From IMG/VR virus record IMGVR_UViG_3300008108_000034, positions 1 to 64,000 of that record: a DNA stretch of 64,000 nt; one strand, given 5' to 3'. The stretch comes from a virus. How positions within the stretch are numbered: position 1 is the stretch's first letter; every line of letters begins with the position of its first letter. Shown piece by piece: positions 8,555 to 18,313 of the stretch. The position numbers were made by a program, and so were the translations under genes. The notes under the pieces are model-generated. The model was given only the letters and a program-made list of their open reading frames with translations. It searched no databases and had not been told where the DNA came from.

Positions 8555-9208
8555 ATGAAAATAAGGAGTTTAATGATTGCCGCAGTAGCTGCGGTCGTAT
8601 TGTCTTATGGATGTAACGGTAGTAGTGCATCCGGTAAAAGACCAATTAAAATCGAAGGTTTTGGAGGTACTCTTGCTCAAGCAGCAGTTCACCTTACAAA
8701 GGATGACGTCACTTATGACGCGTCATATTTCAAAATACCTTATCCAAACGGCGATGTACCCGCAGACAAAGGGGTATGCGCAGATGTTGTAATACGAGCA
8801 TACAGAAAACTAGGGATCGATCTCCAGAAACTGGTGCATGATGACATGTTTTATGAATTTGACGAGTATCCTAATCATTGGGGTCTTACCAAACCTGATC
8901 CGAATATTGATCATAGGAGGGTTCGTAATCTGATGAAATTCTTTGAGAGACATGGTACTATACAGAGTGATTTGACAGAAGATCCCAATCCAGAGGATTT
9001 TGTTCCAGGAGATATCGTATGTTGGACGCTTGGTGGTGGAACAACCCACATAGGAATCGTATCCAATGTGAAGACAAACAACCTTGTAGGTGCCGAATGG
9101 ATGATGGTTCACAATGTGGGATCCGGTCAGATATTGGACGATTGTCTCTTTGATTACGAGATCATTGGACATTACCAATACGTATCTGAAGATTATTACA
9201 AAAAATAG
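8555..9208 (+). CDS. DUF1287 (YijF-like) lipoprotein
   Basis: Lipobox VLSYGC; YPNGDVP..GVCADVVIRAYR, PDPNIDHRRV, HIGIV and HNVG motifs. The real start is probably 8555 because the 8513 start lies inside the tRNA. Confidence 0.85.
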   Translation: MKIRSLMIAAVAAVVLSYGCNGSSASGKRPIKIEGFGGTLAQAAVHLTKDDVTYDASYFKIPYPNGDVPADKGVCADVVIRAYRKLGIDLQKLVHDDMFYEFDEYPNHWGLTKPDPNIDHRRVRNLMKFFERHGTIQSDLTEDPNPEDFVPGDIVCWTLGGGTTHIGIVSNVKTNNLVGAEWMMVHNVGSGQILDDCLFDYEIIGHYQYVSEDYYKK

Positions 9209-9212
9209 AAAA

Positions 9213-9428
9213 ATGAGTACTACTGAAAATGAATTGAAGATCAAGTATTTCGAAAGACTTTTCGAAACAACACTTAGCCTATGCATGGCGATTGAGGACG
9301 AATATCCTTATGAATTGAGAACGACAAACCTGTCTGAAAGATTCCATGAGGTGTTGAACGTCCTTCAAGAAATTGAAATTGAAAAAATAAAGTTGAATGG
9401 AAACAATGGTGAAGAACCAGCATTCTAG
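9213..9428 (+). CDS. Hypothetical protein
   Basis: ATG just after the upstream TAG; fills the gap before the helicase. Confidence 0.6.
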   Translation: MSTTENELKIKYFERLFETTLSLCMAIEDEYPYELRTTNLSERFHEVLNVLQEIEIEKIKLNGNNGEEPAF

Positions 9429-10524
9429 CCGCGAGACAGTGCAATCAAAAGCACTGTCCGTGGCAAAACAAAACAAACGATGCGGTCTCGCACTAAGCAT
9501 GGGTGTCGGTAAGACATACATAGGATTGCAGCATATGGATTGGTACCTCAAGGAGGTGAATCCAGATGCTACTTTCTTGGTTGTCGCACCCAAAAGGAGC
9601 ATATTCTCCAGCTGGTTTGACGACATGTACAAGTTCGGACTGTCCCATCTCAAGGACAGGGTGAAGGTTACCACTTATCTTTCACTTACCAAACAGTCGT
9701 TGTCTTACGACGTGTTGTATCTTGACGAGTGTCATAGTCTGCTGTCAAGCCACAAGCTTTGGTTGAACACGTATGGTGGATGGATACTTGGTCTTACAGG
9801 TACACCTCCCAGACACGCCAAAAGCGAGAAAGGCGAGATGGTTGACAGATACTGTCCGATAATGTATTCGTACATCACGGATGACGCCGTAGAGGACCGT
9901 ATACTCAACGATTACAGGATAACGGTTCATTCCGTCAATCTTGACAGGCTTCCCAGACATACGGTGAAGTCATCAACAAAAAGCTGGGTGACCAGCGAAT
10001 ACGAGAATTACAAATATTGGTGTTCAAGGATAGAATCCGCCACCGACCCCAAGAGCGATCAGTACTTCAGGATAGGCAGGATGCGCAGCATGATGTCCTA
10101 TCAAAGCAAAGAGCGTTACGCTTCCAAGCTGATGAAGGATATCGAAGGCAAATGCATCATATTCTGCAATACCAAGGAACAGGCGGAACGCATGTGTGAA
10201 CACAGTTACCACAGCGACAATCCAATGAGTGAGGAAAACCTAAAGATGTTCAAGGATGGAACTATTCAAAGACTATCTTGCGTACTACAGCTTAATGAGG
10301 GTGTCAATATTCCTGATCTTAGGAATTGCATTATGCTTCATGCTTATGGTAACGAAAGGAAAGCGGCGCAGAGATTAGGACGCGTCTTGCGATTGAATCC
10401 TGACGATGTCGCAAACGTCCATGTGCTCATGTACAAGGATACCATAGACGAAATGTGGGTGAAGAAAGCACTCATGGATTTTGACAAGGAAAAAATAAAA
10501 CACAGGGATGTACACAATCATTGA
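9397..10524 (+). CDS. Superfamily 2 (DExH) helicase
   Basis: MGVGKT Walker A, LDECH, GLTGT, NEGVNIP and QRLGRVLR motifs. Confidence 0.92.
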   Translation: METMVKNQHSSRETVQSKALSVAKQNKRCGLALSMGVGKTYIGLQHMDWYLKEVNPDATFLVVAPKRSIFSSWFDDMYKFGLSHLKDRVKVTTYLSLTKQSLSYDVLYLDECHSLLSSHKLWLNTYGGWILGLTGTPPRHAKSEKGEMVDRYCPIMYSYITDDAVEDRILNDYRITVHSVNLDRLPRHTVKSSTKSWVTSEYENYKYWCSRIESATDPKSDQYFRIGRMRSMMSYQSKERYASKLMKDIEGKCIIFCNTKEQAERMCEHSYHSDNPMSEENLKMFKDGTIQRLSCVLQLNEGVNIPDLRNCIMLHAYGNERKAAQRLGRVLRLNPDDVANVHVLMYKDTIDEMWVKKALMDFDKEKIKHRDVHNH

Positions 10525-10903
10525 ATACGCGGTTGATGAAAAAGGAGTGTTGGCTCCTTTGAACGACAAGGAACTACAGAAATTCAACAGGTTGCTTCTT
10601 TCACTCAAACCCGGTAACAGGGTGAGCATGATGTGCGAAGTGGTGAAAGACGACCATAGTCTGGTACAGCTTGCGAAGGTTCATGCGTTGATACGCGAGC
10701 TGGCACACTGTACAGGTAACGAATTCGAGGATGTCAAACTCGAAGTCAAACGAAAAGCGGGACTCACCGTAAAAGCAAAAGACAGCGAAGGCAAATCGCT
10801 GGAATATGTGAAGAGTTTCGCGGATTGCAGCAAGGAACAACTGTCAATGGCGATTGAAGCCTGCATCCTCATAGGTGAGGACGTAGGTTGCATACTCTAT
10901 TGA
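10508..10903 (+). CDS. Hypothetical protein, possibly NinB-like recombination protein
   Basis: QLAKVHALIRELA..TG..FEDVK...KSFADCSKEQLS..IE pattern; located in the replication cluster. Confidence 0.55.
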   Translation: MYTIIEYAVDEKGVLAPLNDKELQKFNRLLLSLKPGNRVSMMCEVVKDDHSLVQLAKVHALIRELAHCTGNEFEDVKLEVKRKAGLTVKAKDSEGKSLEYVKSFADCSKEQLSMAIEACILIGEDVGCILY

Positions 10904-11238
10904 TCCTCCTGTTTTGGAATATCAGGAACAGGATTGCTGCTTATTGCAGATTGCATCTCATCAACAGGCATCATCTGGGTCATTCCGTTCTTACGGACGT
11001 ATTGCTCCGCATCCTGGATGATATAAAGTATTGTTTCAAAGTTTGCCACCCACGGTTCGGTGATGTTCTTCTCGGTTATCTGACGGTTTGCCTCTTGGAG
11101 ATCCTCCGGAGTCTTTCCATCCAGAATGCTGTTGAAGACCATTACCAGCCGCTGGTAAAAACTTCTCTTGTATTTGAAAACCACGACCGCATCCTCGGTC
11201 ATGACTTCAATCATTGTAGGTTCTTTCTGCTGTTCCAT
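10897..11238 (-). CDS. Hypothetical protein (antisense island)
   Basis: 113 aa with natural composition; coupled to the 11238-11459 gene. Confidence 0.7.
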   Translation of the reverse strand: MEQQKEPTMIEVMTEDAVVVFKYKRSFYQRLVMVFNSILDGKTPEDLQEANRQITEKNITEPWVANFETILYIIQDAEQYVRKNGMTQMMPVDEMQSAISSNPVPDIPKQEDQ

Positions 11239-11459
11239 TAGAAATTCACTTCTTTGGATATGATTTGTTTTTGTAGAGACGCTTCATCGTCTATTCGTTG
11301 ACAAAGATCAAGAATTGTATCCCAAGAAGCATCATCAATATTGATTGTTTTTGACATATGCTTAAAAAGGATTGCTTGAAGTTTTGCGATGTCAGCTGGT
11401 CGAAATTCAATTTTGATGATTGCATCATCTTTCAACATGTTAAGATGTGTCTTAGCCAT
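11238..11459 (-). CDS. Hypothetical protein (antisense island)
   Basis: 73 aa; its 'MLKDDAIIKIEF' resembles 'VMTEDAVVVFKY' in the neighbour. Confidence 0.65.
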   Translation of the reverse strand: MAKTHLNMLKDDAIIKIEFRPADIAKLQAILFKHMSKTINIDDASWDTILDLCQRIDDEASLQKQIISKEVNF

Positions 11460-11482
11460 TTGTTTAAATTTTAATTGTTTAT

Positions 11483-12217
11483 ATGAGCGAAGTTAAAGAA
11501 AAATTGTCTGTAGAGCAAATCCGTGACAGACTGATAGAAAAGCTATCTCCTGGCGGATGGTCGGATTTACTTAAAGGATTTCTCAGGTCATCTGACTTCG
11601 AGAAGATAATAGCTTTCCTGATAAAGGAAAATGAGTCAGGAAGAAGGTTTACTCCAGCTTTGAAACAGATATTCAGAGCGATGGAACTCTGTCCAGTGGA
11701 TAAAGTCAAGGTTATCATGATTGGACAGGATCCGTATCCACAACCAGCGGTAGCTGACGGTATAGCGTTCAGTTGCGGTAATACTGGTAAACCTGAAGCA
11801 AGTCTTAGGTATATCCTCAATAGTATTGAAACCACGGTACCTCCTGAAGATAAGGACTTTGTGGAAGAATCTGAACGATATGACCTTTCCAGGTGGTCGA
11901 AAAAGGGGGTACTTTTGATGAATGCCGCATTGACTACTGAGGTTACTAAAACAGGAAAACATTCCGATATTTGGCGTCCCTTCTTAGAATACGTCATTGA
12001 CATGCTGAACTTCAAACAGTCAGGTTTAGTATGGGTGTTGATGGGTAAACAGGCGCAAAGCTTTGAAAGTTTGATAGGTGAACACCACACGGTGTTTACT
12101 ACGACCCATCCTGCTTATGCTGCTTATTTGAGATCCCCTTCGTGGGACTGCAATGATGTATTCAATAAGGTGAACAAGCAACTAGTTGAGTACAAAAAAG
12201 AAAAAATATTGTGGTAA
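11483..12217 (+). CDS. ung: Uracil-DNA glycosylase, family 1
   Basis: VKVIMIGQDPYP, ADGIAFS, GVLLMNAALT, LMGKQAQ and THP motifs. Confidence 0.93.
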   Translation: MSEVKEKLSVEQIRDRLIEKLSPGGWSDLLKGFLRSSDFEKIIAFLIKENESGRRFTPALKQIFRAMELCPVDKVKVIMIGQDPYPQPAVADGIAFSCGNTGKPEASLRYILNSIETTVPPEDKDFVEESERYDLSRWSKKGVLLMNAALTTEVTKTGKHSDIWRPFLEYVIDMLNFKQSGLVWVLMGKQAQSFESLIGEHHTVFTTTHPAYAAYLRSPSWDCNDVFNKVNKQLVEYKKEKILW

Positions 12218-12255
12218 CTCATATAAGTTTAAACCTAATTCAATAAATTCGTACT

Positions 12256-13188
12256 ATGTCAAAATCACTAAGAGAACAAGGTTTCCTACATGTATCTGAG
12301 GCTTACGAACAAGCCATCACATATATGAAAAAACGAAGAACAGGGGAAATCAAGAGCATCAAGACCCCTTGGCAAAAATTCAATGAAGTCTCCATGGACG
12401 GACTTGAATGGAACAGTCTTACTGTAATAGCAGGGAGACCTGGTAGCGGTAAGACATTGATAGGTAGCATGATCAGCAGGGAAGCGTTCAGATTGAATCC
12501 TGAACAGGATTTCTGTGTCCTGGACTTCCAGTTCGAAATGCTTGCTCGAAGTGTTGCAATGCGTGAAATCAGCGGGAACATAGGTGTGAATGTCAGAAAG
12601 CTATCCTCAGTGGGAAGCAAGCTTGAAGACGAAGACCTGTCAGCCGCACTCAAATACTGCGAAACAAATAGACATAGAGAGGTGTACACATATGAGCGGC
12701 CTCTGGATGTCGAAGGAATGAAGAACAAGATAACGAGTTTCTATGAAACCGTTAAGAAACCCGTCCTCATTACACTGGACCACAGTCTTTTGATTAAGAA
12801 AAGTGCCAGCGAAAAAGACAGAATAGAATCGTTATATAATCTTGGCAACATGCTTGCCGAGACTAGACGACAATTGCCAGTATCATTCATAGTACTGAGC
12901 CAATTAAACAGAGAGATCGAGACTACTGACCGTGTTAAGAACGGCAGCATCGGAAACTTCGTAAAGGATAGCGATATCTTCGGAGCGGATGCATTGCTGC
13001 AGTTCACTGATATTCTAATTGGTATAAATCGACCTACAAAGTACGGTATCACCGAATACGGTCCACACAAAATACCTGTTGACATCAATACCCTTGCGGT
13101 GCATTTCCTCAAGGTTAGGACAGGTGAACCTGGATTGACCATGTTCAGAGCTGACTTTGCAAAAAGCAAAATTCATCAGATATTTTAA
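12256..13188 (+). CDS. dnaB: DnaB-like (SF4) replicative helicase without the N-terminal domain
   Basis: AGRPGSGKT, FEM, LDH, LSQLNREIE, SD.FGAD and LKVR motifs. Confidence 0.9.
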   Translation: MSKSLREQGFLHVSEAYEQAITYMKKRRTGEIKSIKTPWQKFNEVSMDGLEWNSLTVIAGRPGSGKTLIGSMISREAFRLNPEQDFCVLDFQFEMLARSVAMREISGNIGVNVRKLSSVGSKLEDEDLSAALKYCETNRHREVYTYERPLDVEGMKNKITSFYETVKKPVLITLDHSLLIKKSASEKDRIESLYNLGNMLAETRRQLPVSFIVLSQLNREIETTDRVKNGSIGNFVKDSDIFGADALLQFTDILIGINRPTKYGITEYGPHKIPVDINTLAVHFLKVRTGEPGLTMFRADFAKSKIHQIF

Positions 13189-13198
13189 AAACAATCAA

Positions 13199-13753
13199 AT
13201 GTCAAAGATTCAAAAGTCCGCTTGGCAGCAAGCGAAGGAGTTGGTCGAAGGCTACGCCGTAAAGGATCTCAAAGAGAACTACGGATTAGAGGTTACGACC
13301 AATCAGATTACACCAAAAACGCATCGGGGTCTTCCTGACCACATCCTGTTGTATGGTCACGAGTTTGCCAAAAACCTGGTCTACATCATCTACAAGAAAC
13401 AGTACAAGCTGTTTTCAGATGAAAACGGTGAGATTGTGGACAGTCCCCAGTATTTCATGATTGACAAGGAAAAGGTGGCAGCCAAGGTTGCAACAGGAAA
13501 GTACAGTAAGGCGCACAGTCCAACTGCAAGCGACGAGTCCTGGGAATTCCCATTTGAGGACATGGTTAAATTGAAACCGCTGTCTTCAGAAGTGGAGGAG
13601 GTCGCAGAAGATGAAATCGAGGACGACACCGATCAGAACATCAGTGCGCTTACCATACGGGATTTTTATGCGATATTGCAGAACAAACCTGTGAGTGCGA
13701 AACCATGGTTGAACAAGCTAATATCCAAGAACAATGTCAGAAATCAAGATTGA
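13199..13753 (+). CDS. Hypothetical protein
   Basis: Between DnaB and the AAA gene; C-terminal LTIRDFYAIL..KPVS.KPWLNKLI motif. Confidence 0.7.
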   Translation: MSKIQKSAWQQAKELVEGYAVKDLKENYGLEVTTNQITPKTHRGLPDHILLYGHEFAKNLVYIIYKKQYKLFSDENGEIVDSPQYFMIDKEKVAAKVATGKYSKAHSPTASDESWEFPFEDMVKLKPLSSEVEEVAEDEIEDDTDQNISALTIRDFYAILQNKPVSAKPWLNKLISKNNVRNQD

Positions 13754-14483
13754 ACTTCCTAGAACACCTGTAAAGGCTTTGACCAAGTCACCAAAGAAGC
13801 TGATCATATTCAGTAAACCCAAGGTGGGTAAGACAACCTTGCTTGCAGGTCTGAAAGACTGTCTGATATTGGATTTCGAAGATGGTACGGATTACATCGA
13901 GGCGATGAAACTCAAGGTGAGGAACATTGAGGAACTCAAATCGATCGGTAAAGCCATCAAGGAAGCGGAGAATCCTTATCGTTATATTGCGATAGACACC
14001 GTTACAGCATTGGAAGAGTTTTGTATCGCGTACGCAGAAGACTTGTACTCAAAATCCAGCATGGGTAAGAACTGGTTCACTGAAGGTAAACCCAAATACG
14101 GCACTATTATCAACATGCCGCAGGGTGCAGGATATCAGTGGCTCAGGACAGCTTACACCAAAGTCATCGATTTCATACAAGGACTTGCACCAAGAATCAT
14201 ATTGGTGGGTCACGTAAAGGATACGATACTGGAAAAAGCTGGTAATGAGTTCAATAGTCTTGACCTTGATCTTACAGGAAAAATTAAGCGCATAACCGCT
14301 AGTGATTCAGACGCTATTGGTTATCTTTACAGAAAGGGTGATAAGAACATTCTTTCGTTCAAAACAAACGACGAGGTGTCTTGCGGAGCGAGACCTCAGC
14401 ATCTGAGAAATCAAGAGATCGTGGTATCCGAACTTACGGATGACTCGATAATTACACACTGGGATAAAATTTACATTGATTAA
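13734..14483 (+). CDS. AAA_24/Sak4-like ATPase (recombinase-like)
   Basis: SKPKVGKTT Walker A, LDFEDG, IAIDTVT, LVGH and DAIGYLYR motifs. Confidence 0.8.
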   Translation: MSEIKIELPRTPVKALTKSPKKLIIFSKPKVGKTTLLAGLKDCLILDFEDGTDYIEAMKLKVRNIEELKSIGKAIKEAENPYRYIAIDTVTALEEFCIAYAEDLYSKSSMGKNWFTEGKPKYGTIINMPQGAGYQWLRTAYTKVIDFIQGLAPRIILVGHVKDTILEKAGNEFNSLDLDLTGKIKRITASDSDAIGYLYRKGDKNILSFKTNDEVSCGARPQHLRNQEIVVSELTDDSIITHWDKIYID

Positions 14484-14503
14484 TCACTAAAACCATTATT
14501 GAC

Positions 14504-15184
14504 ATGTTTAGCAGTAAAGAAGCAGACAAAAAAGTAGGAGGTTCTACAATCTCCAAAGTAATTCAACCAGGCAACATCGTTGCAAGAATCCTTGACATGA
14601 AACTCGAGGTTCCACCGTATGATTCATCCGCCTTTGTATTGGTGATGAATCTGGAAACAGAACCTATTGGAGGAGATTTTGAAGGTCTCGCCATAAACAA
14701 GGACATGCCTGAAATGGGTAACCATGCAGGTCAAGTTGCTCGTGTTCAGACACAGCAGTATTCTTACAGCGATTATACAAACAAGGATGGTAATACAACC
14801 ACCAAGGAGGACATGATCTTCCGTTGGTTATGGAACTTCGCAAAAGAGATCGGTGTTGCCGATACTCTTAAAGAGAAGGATATCCAAGGTAGTACCATCG
14901 AGGAGTATCTCGAGAATGCAAAAGGTTACATCGTAAGCAAGGAGCGCTGGATACATTTCTGCATCGGCGGTTCTGAATATGAGAACAAGAACGGATACAT
15001 CCAACACAGGTTGTTCCTTCCTAAACCTGAAAAAGGCAAGGTTGCGTATGAACTTGTGAAAGCCGGTGTTGAACCCAAGAAAGTGATGAAGTTCGATCCT
15101 GCAGTACATATCAAGAAGAAGAAATCAGAATCTGTTGATTCGTTCGCAGGAAGAGATGCAGGCAGTGACCTGGATCTTGATTGA
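14504..15184 (+). CDS. Putative single-stranded DNA-binding protein
   Basis: Follows the Sak4-like gene; beta-rich with an acidic tail ending DLDLD. Confidence 0.55.
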   Translation: MFSSKEADKKVGGSTISKVIQPGNIVARILDMKLEVPPYDSSAFVLVMNLETEPIGGDFEGLAINKDMPEMGNHAGQVARVQTQQYSYSDYTNKDGNTTTKEDMIFRWLWNFAKEIGVADTLKEKDIQGSTIEEYLENAKGYIVSKERWIHFCIGGSEYENKNGYIQHRLFLPKPEKGKVAYELVKAGVEPKKVMKFDPAVHIKKKKSESVDSFAGRDAGSDLDLD

Positions 15185-15210
15185 TAAACCATTGTTGCCT
15201 GGTCGTGAAC

Positions 15211-15238
15211 AGGGGAGATGATCATCTGTCTCCCCTTT
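15211..15238 (+). terminator. Rho-independent terminator
   Basis: AGGGGAGA...TCTCCCCT hairpin followed by TT. Confidence 0.7.
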
Positions 15239-15254
15239 CACCAATTTCACGCAT

Positions 15255-16202
15255 ATGTTTTCAAGCAGAAAAACCGTATTTACGGGGAAAGATGTCCCCA
15301 GCAAATGGATATTTGAACACTATCTGAAACTAGATCAGAAACTCGAAGGACAGGATGTCAAGATTAAAAGCATATTCAACCCTTTGGACAAGGATCCGAG
15401 TCTTGTCGTATACGTCAACAGACGTTACAACGATTATTACTTCAGATGCTTTAGCACTGGTGTTGGTGGTAATGGAATCGAGCTTGTCAAGCTTGTTTGT
15501 GGACTGAGTTTCAGTGACGCCGTTCGTCAGATAGTATCCGATTACCAGCAATACCTGGAAAACGGAGGATTGGAACAACAGATTGAATATGTGCCTCAGG
15601 AGAAATGGAGAATCGCACAGATCAGTCGCAGGAACTGGAACAAGAACGATGTTGATTTCTGGAGTCCCTACAACATAGGTAGCAGGATACTGGAGAAATA
15701 CAATGTGATTCCCGTATCAAACTATGTGTTGCAGAGAGGTGATGAGACAAGGACGCTTGACAAGTCCATGGGTAAGGTTTATGCATACCGTACAGGTGAA
15801 AACGTGTACAAGATATATGAACCCATGAACTCGGAAAGGAAGTTCACCACTTTCATGAACCATCTTCAAGGATGGGACCAGATACAAGGAAAGGATACCT
15901 TGTTCATATGCAGTTCCCTCAAGGACGCGATGTCTTTGGACTCATTGGGTATCGATGCTGATTTCATAGCTCCCAGCAGCGAGAACGCCAACATAGAACC
16001 CATTATCGAATGGATAAGAGATTATCCCAAAAAGTATGTTATATTTGACAACGATTCCACTGGATTGCGGATGATGCAGAGGTACGAGCAACAGTACGGG
16101 TTACCGTACATACACTTGGAACTCAGCAAAGATGTCAGCGACTCGGTCAGGGATCACGGAGCAAGAGTAGTCAAATCGAACATAATATCACAAATACAAT
16201 GA
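15255..16202 (+). CDS. dnaG: DNA primase (degenerate Zn-binding domain plus Toprim)
   Basis: SIFNP.DKDPS..YFRCFSTG.GGN N-terminus; SSLKDAM, APSSE, FDNDSTG and KDVSD Toprim motifs. Confidence 0.85.
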   Translation: MFSSRKTVFTGKDVPSKWIFEHYLKLDQKLEGQDVKIKSIFNPLDKDPSLVVYVNRRYNDYYFRCFSTGVGGNGIELVKLVCGLSFSDAVRQIVSDYQQYLENGGLEQQIEYVPQEKWRIAQISRRNWNKNDVDFWSPYNIGSRILEKYNVIPVSNYVLQRGDETRTLDKSMGKVYAYRTGENVYKIYEPMNSERKFTTFMNHLQGWDQIQGKDTLFICSSLKDAMSLDSLGIDADFIAPSSENANIEPIIEWIRDYPKKYVIFDNDSTGLRMMQRYEQQYGLPYIHLELSKDVSDSVRDHGARVVKSNIISQIQ

Positions 16203-16639
16203 CACCAAAGCTGTTCTTCATACCGGGACCTGTTCCTTCGAGTAAGAACAGCAGGGTCATGACCAGGTCTGGTCTTTTCATTGCTAGTAAAGCAACACAA
16301 AAGTATCGCAAAACATCTGCAGCATACTGGCTCATGTACAAACCCGAATTCAAAGCGGAGTTGTCCAAGATGTCCAAACCTATAATAATAGGAATGCATT
16401 TTGTTCGAGGCAGTCGTCACAAGTGGGATTTCATCAATCCAGCACAGACGATCCAGGACGAGATGACAAAAGCTGGATGGATTGACGATGACAATGTGGA
16501 AGAGATATTGCCTGTACCACTTTACATAGACGGGAGTCCTTGGAGTTATGACAAGGATAAACCAGGTGTGTATATTGCAATCCTCGACTCTTTTTGTACA
16601 GAGATCGATAATCCAAATCCAAATGAAACCATTTCTTAG
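16199..16639 (+). CDS. RusA-like Holliday junction resolvase
   Basis: IPGPVPSSKNS, KWDFIN, IQDEM and WIDDDN motifs. Confidence 0.75.
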   Translation: MTPKLFFIPGPVPSSKNSRVMTRSGLFIASKATQKYRKTSAAYWLMYKPEFKAELSKMSKPIIIGMHFVRGSRHKWDFINPAQTIQDEMTKAGWIDDDNVEEILPVPLYIDGSPWSYDKDKPGVYIAILDSFCTEIDNPNPNETIS

Positions 16640-17681
16640 CACTTATGAATTGGACCTCGTAGAGAGGTTGAAACTAGAAGACGAGTTCTTCGCACAAGGG
16701 TTCATGATGTCCTATAGCGGACTGAACAAACTCCTGTATAGTCCAGGTGCATTCTATCAGCATTACGTACTCAAGCAGCGGGATGACACCGTTGACAAAG
16801 GTATGGCTGAAGGACGCCTCATACACTGCATGCTTCTCACACCTGAAAAGTTCGATGACGAGTTTGTGGTGATACCCAACAGTTTTCCAAGTGAGAATCC
16901 AAAACGTGTGATGGAGAGGTTGCACGCGCACATTACCGAATCGTATCCGCAAATCATGGACACTCGTGAAAGCATGATTCCTCATCTGAAAAATGTGGAG
17001 AATGCGGTTCTTGACATCCTCAAGGACGAGAACCTGCATCAGACACTCAAGACTGACCAGCAGCGTTTGGACAGGATGCTCACTGAAAAGAACATGGAGT
17101 ATCTTGACTTCATGCTCAAGAAGAACGGACGAATCGTCGTTGACAAGTCAATGGTTGATTTTGCAACACGTCTGAAAGAGACATTCATGAACAACAATCA
17201 GATGAGGGAACTCATGGGGATGAATGACGTATCCTGGATGCAGGTCTACAATGAGGTTGAACTCGCGATGTTTCCGACCATGTTTGAATTCGGCATCAGA
17301 GGTATCATTGACAATCTTGTGATTGACCACAAGGAGCAGGTAATACGGGTAAATGATTTGAAGAAGACTTCCAAACCCTTGTCATTGTTTCCTGAGACCA
17401 TGGAGTATTACAGCTATTGGTTGCAAGCCGCGATATACAGGATGATTGTGAACCATGTGAAAAATGAAACCTACAAGGTGGATTATCCCGTTGAAGTGAG
17501 GTTTCTGGTCATCGACCCCTACATGCAGATGGCTCCTTTCAAGATATCGGATATCAGCATGGAGAAATACATGGTAAGGACAATAGAAGCGCTTACAAAG
17601 GCGAACTCGCACTTTGTCCAGAAGGATTTCAGTGCGCCTTATGAATTACTAATTTCTGCAAACAGGGAGTTTGAAGTATGA
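16623..17681 (+). CDS. PD-(D/E)XK exonuclease (RecE/DUF3799-like)
   Basis: SYSGLNKL, GRLIHC, NEVE, RGIIDNL, NDLKKT and YWLQAAIY motifs. Confidence 0.82.
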   Translation: MKPFLSTYELDLVERLKLEDEFFAQGFMMSYSGLNKLLYSPGAFYQHYVLKQRDDTVDKGMAEGRLIHCMLLTPEKFDDEFVVIPNSFPSENPKRVMERLHAHITESYPQIMDTRESMIPHLKNVENAVLDILKDENLHQTLKTDQQRLDRMLTEKNMEYLDFMLKKNGRIVVDKSMVDFATRLKETFMNNNQMRELMGMNDVSWMQVYNEVELAMFPTMFEFGIRGIIDNLVIDHKEQVIRVNDLKKTSKPLSLFPETMEYYSYWLQAAIYRMIVNHVKNETYKVDYPVEVRFLVIDPYMQMAPFKISDISMEKYMVRTIEALTKANSHFVQKDFSAPYELLISANREFEV

Positions 17682-18313
17682 GTTATAAACTCAAGAAACT
17701 CTATAACCGTTATTTCCAGAAATCACGGAGCTTTCTGGTTCCCGTTTTGGGAATCAAACGTGAGACAAAATATCCTTTCATGCAATCGTATGTTGCATGG
17801 GAGGATGTTTATTCACGCGATCACCAAAAACTTGTGCTTACTTACGCCAGACGTGAGTATGACAGCGGATGGGATGATCATTTGCTACTTGAACTGATGG
17901 CAAGCAAAATGTTCGATGAATATCATGAGATTGATGAGGATACTGTCGCAGTATCGTTTGATCTCAACTGCATCGAACAAGACTACATGTATTTTCTCAA
18001 TGGAACCTACAGTAAACTGGGTAGGATCGTAAAACAGAGGATACGGGATTACTACGGACCGAACAGTCCCGAATGGGTGTATATGGAAACGTTCCTATTT
18101 CCAGCAAAACACACCAAAATGTACAGCTATCTGCTGGACGTTGACGAGGAACATATTAAATTTACCGGCGAATTGTGTGATAAACCCAATTTTGAACTTG
18201 AAACACTCAAACTAAGAAAAAATGCAAAAATCAATGATGTGCATCCACTCATCGTGGAACCAAGGAAAGACATTCAGGATGATTCCCGTACACGTGGACT
18301 GTCCGTACAATGA
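17678..18313 (+). CDS. Hypothetical protein
   Basis: ATGA-coupled 211-aa ORF in the replication operon. Confidence 0.7.
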   Translation: MSYKLKKLYNRYFQKSRSFLVPVLGIKRETKYPFMQSYVAWEDVYSRDHQKLVLTYARREYDSGWDDHLLLELMASKMFDEYHEIDEDTVAVSFDLNCIEQDYMYFLNGTYSKLGRIVKQRIRDYYGPNSPEWVYMETFLFPAKHTKMYSYLLDVDEEHIKFTGELCDKPNFELETLKLRKNAKINDVHPLIVEPRKDIQDDSRTRGLSVQ

